Part shown: in pieces, positions 58,434 to 64,000 of the stretch | How positions within the stretch are numbered: position 1 is the stretch's first letter | How the letters are laid out: every line of letters begins with the position of its first letter | Assembly: GCA_903893805.1 (NCBI GenBank) | Contig: CAITNM010000026.1 | Coordinates: 2,542-66,541 of the forward strand | DNA length: 64,000 bases | Reading direction: 5' to 3' | Source: an uncultured Alphaproteobacteria bacterium | Lineage (GTDB): Bacteria; Pseudomonadota; Alphaproteobacteria; Paracaedibacterales; CAITNM01 | Program-made: the position numbers and the translations under genes | The notes under the pieces: generated by a model | Database searches by the model: none | What the model saw: the letters and a program-made list of their open reading frames with translations, nothing else | Told to the model about the DNA's origin: nothing

Positions 58434-58480
58434 ATTCTACTGGTTATACCATCGCATAATTTTTGCTGCAATGGCAGTGT

Positions 58481-60502
58481 TTACAAAAACTTAATCTCTA
58501 ATGCTTCAATTGCACGCAATTCATCACGCAGACTAGCTGCTTTTTCAAACTCTAAATTACCGGCTGCTGTTTTCATATCTTTCAACAGCTGATTCTTTTT
58601 CTTTTCGATATCTTTTACTGAAAGATCTTTAAGAGGAGAGTCTGAATTTTGTTGTTTTTTACGCAGATCCAAAGACGATGATATTGTTTTTTTGATTGTC
58701 TCAGGGGTTATGCCATGTAGCTTATTATGGGCTATTTGCTTATTTCTACGTCGTTCTGTTTCTTCTAAGGCACCAGTTAAGGACTTAGTTTGTTTATCTG
58801 CATAAAGAATAACTCGGCCTTCAACGTTTCGTGCTGCTCGACCAATGGTTTGAATAAGGGAAGTTTTTGAGCGCAAGAATCCTTCCTTATCGGCATCTAA
58901 AATGGCAACAAGCCCGCACTCAGGAATGTCTAATCCTTCTCGCAAAAGGTTAATGCCTATCAAAATGTCAAAATCTCCAAAACGAAGTCCACGAATAATT
59001 TCAATACGTTCAAGAGTTTCAATATCTGAGTGTAAATAACGAACGCGCATGTTCGCATCATTCAAATACTCAGTCAGGGCTTCTGCCATTTTTTTAGTAA
59101 GCGTTGTTACTAAAACTCTGAATCCATTGGCAACCGTTTGACGACATTCTTCCATCAGGTCATCAACCTGGTGATCACAAGGTTTAATGGTGCAAATAGG
59201 GTCAACAAGACCGGTTGGTCTAATCAGCTGTTCAACAAATACACCTTCAGTTTGGGCTAATTCCCACGGTCCTGGCGTTGCTGAAATAAATAAAGTTTGC
59301 GGACGAAAGTTATTCCATTCTTCAAACATTAATGGACGGTTATCTTTGCAAGATGGCAACCTAAATCCGTGCTCAGACAATACTTCTTTACGCGCACGGT
59401 CACCTTTATACATTCCACCAATTTGTGGGACGCTTACGTGGCTTTCATCGACAAACAACATTGCATCTTTGGGTAAATACTCAAACAGAGTAGGAGGTGG
59501 TTCACCAGGAGCACGTCCTGTTAAATATCTAGAATAGTTTTCAATGCTTGCGCAGGTGCCGGTTGCTTGCATCATTTCTACGTCAAATTTTGTGCGTTGT
59601 GAAAGCCGTTGCGCTTCTAATAATTTACCCAATTCTTCTAGTTCGTTAACGCGCACAACAAGTTCGGCTTGAATTTTTTTAATGGCTTGCTGAATGGTAG
59701 GGCCCGGTGTTACATAATGGCTGTTAGCAAACACGCGAATCTCTTCAAGCTTTGCAAATTTTTCACCGGTTAGAACATCCATTTCTGAAATGCTTTCAAT
59801 TTCATCGCCAAAGAAACTTAGGCGCCATGCACGATCGGCAAAATGGCTTGGAAAAATATCAAGCACATCACCGCGACTTCGAAATGTTCCACGTGCAAAA
59901 GCTAAATCATTTCGTTTGTACTGTAATAAAATAAGGTTTTGCATAAGCTGTTGCTTATCAAGCATTTGTCCAACCTTAAGTGGCACGGTCATTTCGCTAT
60001 ACGTGTTTGCGCCACCAATGCCGTAAATACACGAAACACTGGCAACAACTATAACATCACGCCGTTCTAGCATTGACCGAGTGGCTGAATGTCGCATTCG
60101 ATCTATTTGTTCGTTGATTGATGCAGTTTTTTCAATAAATGTATCTGTTCTTGCGACGTAAGCTTCAGGTTGGTAGTAATCATAATAGGAAACAAAGTAT
60201 TCAACCGCATTGTTTGGAAAAAATTCCTTCATCTCAGAATATAATTGAGCAGCCAGAATTTTATTTGGCGCCATTACTAATGATGGACGTTGTAGTTGTT
60301 GAATGACCTGCGCTACGGTGAATGTTTTTCCAGAGCCTGTAACACCCAGTAAAACTTGATCGCGTTCACCTGCCTGAAAGCCTTTAATAATTTCTTTTAT
60401 AGCAGCAGGTTGGTCTCCCGCTGGCTGAAATGGTGATTCTAGTGCAAAAGCAGGACTGTTTTCGCTGCGTTCGTTATATAGCAAGGGAACAATGACGGTC
60501 AT
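58481..60502 (-). CDS. uvrB: Excinuclease ABC subunit B
   Basis: [40 protein letters not shown]-terminal UVR domain. Confidence 0.98.
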   Translation of the reverse strand: MTVIVPLLYNERSENSPAFALESPFQPAGDQPAAIKEIIKGFQAGERDQVLLGVTGSGKTFTVAQVIQQLQRPSLVMAPNKILAAQLYSEMKEFFPNNAVEYFVSYYDYYQPEAYVARTDTFIEKTASINEQIDRMRHSATRSMLERRDVIVVASVSCIYGIGGANTYSEMTVPLKVGQMLDKQQLMQNLILLQYKRNDLAFARGTFRSRGDVLDIFPSHFADRAWRLSFFGDEIESISEMDVLTGEKFAKLEEIRVFANSHYVTPGPTIQQAIKKIQAELVVRVNELEELGKLLEAQRLSQRTKFDVEMMQATGTCASIENYSRYLTGRAPGEPPPTLFEYLPKDAMLFVDESHVSVPQIGGMYKGDRARKEVLSEHGFRLPSCKDNRPLMFEEWNNFRPQTLFISATPGPWELAQTEGVFVEQLIRPTGLVDPICTIKPCDHQVDDLMEECRQTVANGFRVLVTTLTKKMAEALTEYLNDANMRVRYLHSDIETLERIEIIRGLRFGDFDILIGINLLREGLDIPECGLVAILDADKEGFLRSKTSLIQTIGRAARNVEGRVILYADKQTKSLTGALEETERRRNKQIAHNKLHGITPETIKKTISSSLDLRKKQQNSDSPLKDLSVKDIEKKKNQLLKDMKTAAGNLEFEKAASLRDELRAIEALEIKFL

Positions 60503-60510
60503 GATTTTGT

Positions 60511-60525
60511 GTTCTAAATGGGTTC
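60511..60525. promoter_or_regulatory. Alphaproteobacterial LexA (SOS) box
   Basis: GTTC-taaatgg-GTTC, between the -10 element and the uvrB start. Confidence 0.8.
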
Positions 60526-60528
60526 TGC

Positions 60529-60571
60529 ATTATTGATGGACTAGCGTGATGTCGCAAGAGTAAAATTGCTG
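60529..60571 (-). repeat. 43-bp direct repeat copy 1, containing the uvrB sigma70-like promoter
   Basis: 40/43 identical to 61186-61228; minus strand TTGCGA-N17-AATAAT. Confidence 0.85.
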
Positions 60572-60604
60572 GTTTGTAATGTTTGTTGTGCTGGGGATTT
60601 TATT

Positions 60605-61180
60605 TCATGATTTATTGAGTTGGAGCTTAGTAATTGAAAAACAACCGAACTCAATTTTTTCAGTTCTTTTATATCCTGATTTTTTTAAATTTTTTTCGAT
60701 AAAGTAATTAAGCAGACCATGAGAAACCAACGCAATTGATTTTCTTTGGACTCTTTTTATTAAGAGATGAGCGCAATTTTTTGCGCGCAAACGTTCTTGT
60801 AAAAAAGATTTATCCGTTTTTAATAAGCCTAATACCCACATTATTCGTGAAATGAGTATCCATGTATTGAGCTTGGCTTTTAAAGCTGGAACGGGAAGAA
60901 TTCTTAAATCAAATTCCACAAAATCATCACTAACGATAATTTGTTCTGCTTTTTTGTGAAAAAGGAATTGAGCAGTTTTGAGGGCACGTGGTGATGAAGA
61001 AGCAAAAATATCTAAGTTATCATCACTCATAAGCATATCAACCTGAGGACTTAAAGAGGTTATTTCATTCAAAAAAATATCTTGAGTAAAATTATAGGCC
61101 TTGATTCTTTCGGAGGCCTCTGAAAATTCACAGCGTCCATAATTAATGTTTGGTGTGCAATGTCTAATTAGCAAGATCAT
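60605..61180 (-). CDS. Histidine phosphatase superfamily protein
   Basis: LLIRHCTP, ASSSPRALKTA, EFDL, LVSHG. Confidence 0.8.
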   Translation of the reverse strand: MILLIRHCTPNINYGRCEFSEASERIKAYNFTQDIFLNEITSLSPQVDMLMSDDNLDIFASSSPRALKTAQFLFHKKAEQIIVSDDFVEFDLRILPVPALKAKLNTWILISRIMWVLGLLKTDKSFLQERLRAKNCAHLLIKRVQRKSIALVSHGLLNYFIEKNLKKSGYKRTEKIEFGCFSITKLQLNKS

Positions 61181-61185
61181 GACGT

Positions 61186-61228
61186 ATTATTGATGGACTA
61201 GAGCGATGTCGCAAGAGTAAAATCGCTG
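61186..61228 (-). repeat. 43-bp direct repeat copy 2 (promoter copy) 5 nt before the phosphatase ATG
   Basis: TTGCGA-N17-AATAAT-acgtc-ATG. Confidence 0.85.
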
Positions 61229-61257
61229 ATGATCAAAATATGCATTAGGAAAGAGAT

Positions 61258-61719
61258 ATGACTTCACAAAATAATCCACAATCTTTTTTTGTTTGTCCCA
61301 ATCTTATCCTAATGAAAAATTCTAAAGTCTTGCTATTAAGAATAATGGACTGGGCGCCTTTGTGGCCGAGTTACTGGCACTGTGTTACTGGAAAAATGGA
61401 ACAGGATGAAACACCAAAACAAACTATTGTTCGTGAAGCATTTGAAGAAGTTGGTCTTGATATAGATCCTGACCTCGGCACTGTTGTTTCGGTAACTACA
61501 AAAAATTTTCAAAATCCTTAATTAATTTACAAAGACGTTAGTTTATTTTTTGTTGTGAAAGATTTTGAGTCTGAGCCTGTAAATAAAGAGCCGCGGCTTC
61601 ATGATAAAATGGAATGGTTCGATGTTAATTCTTTGCCATCACCTATAATTCCAGTTGTGGAATATGGAATTAAACAATATGTGCAGGGAAAAACGTACGG
61701 AGATTTTTATGACTTATAA
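61258..61719 (+). pseudogene. NUDIX hydrolase with a premature TAA
   Basis: Nudix box GKMEQDETPKQTIVREAFEEVGL; in-frame TAA at 61519-21; continues LIYKDVSLFF...EPRLHDKMEWFDVNSLP to TAA at 61717-19. Confidence 0.82.
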
Positions 61720-62659
61720 ATCCATCGAAGTTGTGTCTTATAATCCTGATTGGCCAAATCTATTTGAAAGAGAAGCTGCTACTATTAAAGAAAGGTTAGA
61801 TGGCAATTGTGTTGAAGTGCACCATGTTGGCTCTACTTCTGTACCAGAGTTAAACGCGAAACCTATCATTGATATTATTTTGGTTGTGAGAAATTCAGCT
61901 GAATCTATAGATCCTTTAGAATCCATTGGCTTTAAGTTCAAGGGTGAAATGAATATTCCTTTTCGCTCTTATTTTAGTAAAAAAATTGAAACGCCAGTGC
62001 ATCTTCACGTGTATGAACCCGGAAGTGCCGAAATTGAATTGAATCTATTGTTTAGAAATTTTCTGCGGTCTAATCAAGAAGCGCATTGTGAATATGCAAA
62101 ATTAAAAGAGAGCCTTCTGACGCAAGAAAATATTCATGAAAAGGCCCACTCATCGTTCTCTAGATATAATCTGGGAAAAGATGCCTTCATTCGAAAAGTT
62201 CTACAGCAAGCGGGGTTTGATAAATTACGCTTGATGCATTGCACCCATTATGCAGAATGGGAAACGACTAAAGCTTATCGCCAGAAATATTTCTTCGATA
62301 AAGTGCCCATGGATGATTCTTACACTTGGACATTTAACTACGCAGAACATACACATTTTGTGCTGTACAAAGGCACTCAAATTATTGGGTATGTACATTT
62401 GCAGCATTGGCCAAATCAGCGTGCTGTCATGCGTATTATTGTGATTGATGAAGCATTTAGAAATCAAAAATATGGTAGCTATTTATTAGAGCTTTGTGAA
62501 AAGTGGTTGAAGTTACAGGGATTTAAAAGTTTGCATGTGCAGTCCTCACCACAAGCTTATAATTTTTATTATAAGTATGGCTACACGAAAATGCCTTTTG
62601 ATGGTCTTGATACTCACGAAAGAGATCCTCAAGATATTGAAGTAGGAAAAATATTATGA
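61709..62659 (+). CDS. GrpB (UPF0157) nucleotidyltransferase-like domain fused to a GNAT domain
   Basis: VVSYNPDWP, HHVGSTSVP...AKPIIDI, HLHV, FRNFLR, YAKLKESL; C-terminal GNAT; start ATG 61709. Confidence 0.85.
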   Translation: MTYKSIEVVSYNPDWPNLFEREAATIKERLDGNCVEVHHVGSTSVPELNAKPIIDIILVVRNSAESIDPLESIGFKFKGEMNIPFRSYFSKKIETPVHLHVYEPGSAEIELNLLFRNFLRSNQEAHCEYAKLKESLLTQENIHEKAHSSFSRYNLGKDAFIRKVLQQAGFDKLRLMHCTHYAEWETTKAYRQKYFFDKVPMDDSYTWTFNYAEHTHFVLYKGTQIIGYVHLQHWPNQRAVMRIIVIDEAFRNQKYGSYLLELCEKWLKLQGFKSLHVQSSPQAYNFYYKYGYTKMPFDGLDTHERDPQDIEVGKIL

Positions 62660-63069
62660 AAATTCACCAATCCACTTTAACCGCTGAACTTAAAAATAAA
62701 ATATGCGAAGAATTTAGTAATGCCGCTATCAAAGCAACAGGTATTAATGGTTTAAGCGAAGAGCCCATTTCCTTTGAACGAAGAGATGGCCCCAATGTTA
62801 TAGCGTGTGTTGTTGTGCAAATGTTTTGGGGACAGCTGCACATCAAATATCTTTTTGTAGAAGAAAACTATCGTTGTTTAGGTATTGCCACAGAATTAAT
62901 GCAACATGCTTTTAATTATGGGAAATCACGTAACTGTACGTTTGCATTTGTTGAAACCATGAATTTTCAGGCTGTAGGATTTTATCAAAAACTTGGATTC
63001 AACATTGAACTATCTCGTGGTGGATACGATAAAAATTCCAGATTCAATTACCTGAAGAAAGATTTATAA
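62656..63069 (+). CDS. GNAT acetyltransferase
   Basis: LHIKYLFVEENYRCLGIA, ETMNFQAVGFYQKLGF. Confidence 0.88.
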   Translation: MKIHQSTLTAELKNKICEEFSNAAIKATGINGLSEEPISFERRDGPNVIACVVVQMFWGQLHIKYLFVEENYRCLGIATELMQHAFNYGKSRNCTFAFVETMNFQAVGFYQKLGFNIELSRGGYDKNSRFNYLKKDL

Positions 63070-63078
63070 AGAGCTTTT

Positions 63079-64000
63079 TTAACTAAACAAATTTGTTTTC
63101 TCAAGAACTGGTTTTTCATTTCTGTTTTGATTTCGACTCGCGCGTTCTTTTAATTCATACAATGTTTGCAGGGCTTGTTTTGGCGATAAATCATCAGGTT
63201 TAATGCCGCGCAAAAACTTTAACATGTTTGATTCTTCAACAGATGATTGAGCAGTTGCCTCGGGGATATTTACAGAAACCATTCTGGTGCCTGTTTCTTT
63301 TAAAATTTCCTGTGCTCGCGCAATAACAGTTTGTGGCAGGCCAGCCAATTCGGCCACATGAATTCCGTATGACTTATCGGCTGAGCCTTCGATAATTTCA
63401 TGAAGAAACACAACATTTCCACCGTGTTCAATTATTTTCATGGTTAAAAGCTTAACAGGCTGGTGCGCTGCCAAATCAACCAATTCGTGGTAGTGGGTTG
63501 CGAAAATGCATCGTGCTTTTATGTTATTAATAATGTGTTCGCTAACTGCACTTGCAATGGCTAGGCCATCTTGGGTAGAAGTGCCGCGTCCAATTTCGTC
63601 TAATATAATGAAAGATCGCTCAGTTGCTTGATGTAAAATGCTTGCGGTTTCAACCATCTCTACCATAAATGTTGAACGCCCAGCGGCTAAGTCATCTGCT
63701 GCGCCAATTCGTGAAAATATTTGATCAACTATTCCAATTTCGGCATGTGTTGCTGGCACGTATAACCCACAATGTACCATCCAAATAATTAATGCATTCT
63801 GTCTAAGGTAAGTGCTTTTTCCTGCCATATTGGGGCCGGTTAAAAGGGCAAATGGTTGTTGTGATAGGCTACAATCATTAGGAGTAAATGTGTTAGAGGT
63901 ATACGTTTCCACAATTGGGTGGCGACCACTTTTAATATTAAGAACTGGTGCTTCGCCTAATATTGGACGGACAAAATTTTTCACAACAGCTAGCTCTGCC
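63079..64000 (-). CDS. mutS: DNA mismatch repair MutS, C-terminal part (5' end beyond the window)
   Basis: GRHPIVE, TGPNMAGKSTYLRQ, STFMVEM, LDEIGRGTST, FATHYHEL, SYGIHVA. Confidence 0.97.
   Translation of the reverse strand, partial: AELAVVKNFVRPILGEAPVLNIKSGRHPIVETYTSNTFTPNDCSLSQQPFALLTGPNMAGKSTYLRQNALIIWMVHCGLYVPATHAEIGIVDQIFSRIGAADDLAAGRSTFMVEMVETASILHQATERSFIILDEIGRGTSTQDGLAIASAVSEHIINNIKARCIFATHYHELVDLAAHQPVKLLTMKIIEHGGNVVFLHEIIEGSADKSYGIHVAELAGLPQTVIARAQEILKETGTRMVSVNIPEATAQSSVEESNMLKFLRGIKPDDLSPKQALQTLYELKERASRNQNRNEKPVLEKTNLFS

Overview
Low-GC alphaproteobacterial chromosome segment, probably from a Holosporales/Rickettsiales-like host-associated bacterium (inferred from gene orders, the GTTC-N7-GTTC SOS box, a TssJ-like gene and many signal-peptide orphans). 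Bases 1-13036 look like a decaying integrative/mobilizable island anchored at the 3' end of tRNA-fMet. Its remnants are integrase-arm-like repeats, a DUF3631-type fragment beside an iteron/inverted-repeat origin-like site, a MOBQ-type oriT, an intact PLD/Nuc gene and a nonsense-disrupted Toprim gene. Its cargo is a microcin J25-like lasso peptide cluster (A1-A2-B-C-D) with two tandem precursors missing from the ORF track. The cyclase has a 1-nt frameshift in a T run; rplK has the same kind of defect, which points to homopolymer sequencing error. Divergent from the cluster is a LuxR-HTH/TIR-like/TM/NB-ARC gene running off the left edge, and downstream are three signal-peptide orphans (AAA+/Sel1, papain-like, unknown). 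The rest is mostly core genome: tRNA-Trp-secE-nusG-rplKAJL-rpoBC, rseP-bamA-skp-lpxD, a DEAD-box helicase with a duplicated Gly/Arg tail, pgk, 6S RNA, rpoZ-spoT-acpS, a partial T2SS/T4P cluster, split yejAB/yejE, glmU, gmk, mltG, tRNA-Val, uvrB and mutS. A phosphatase gene sits between two copies of the uvrB promoter. All family assignments come from motif reading and recollection, not from database searches.
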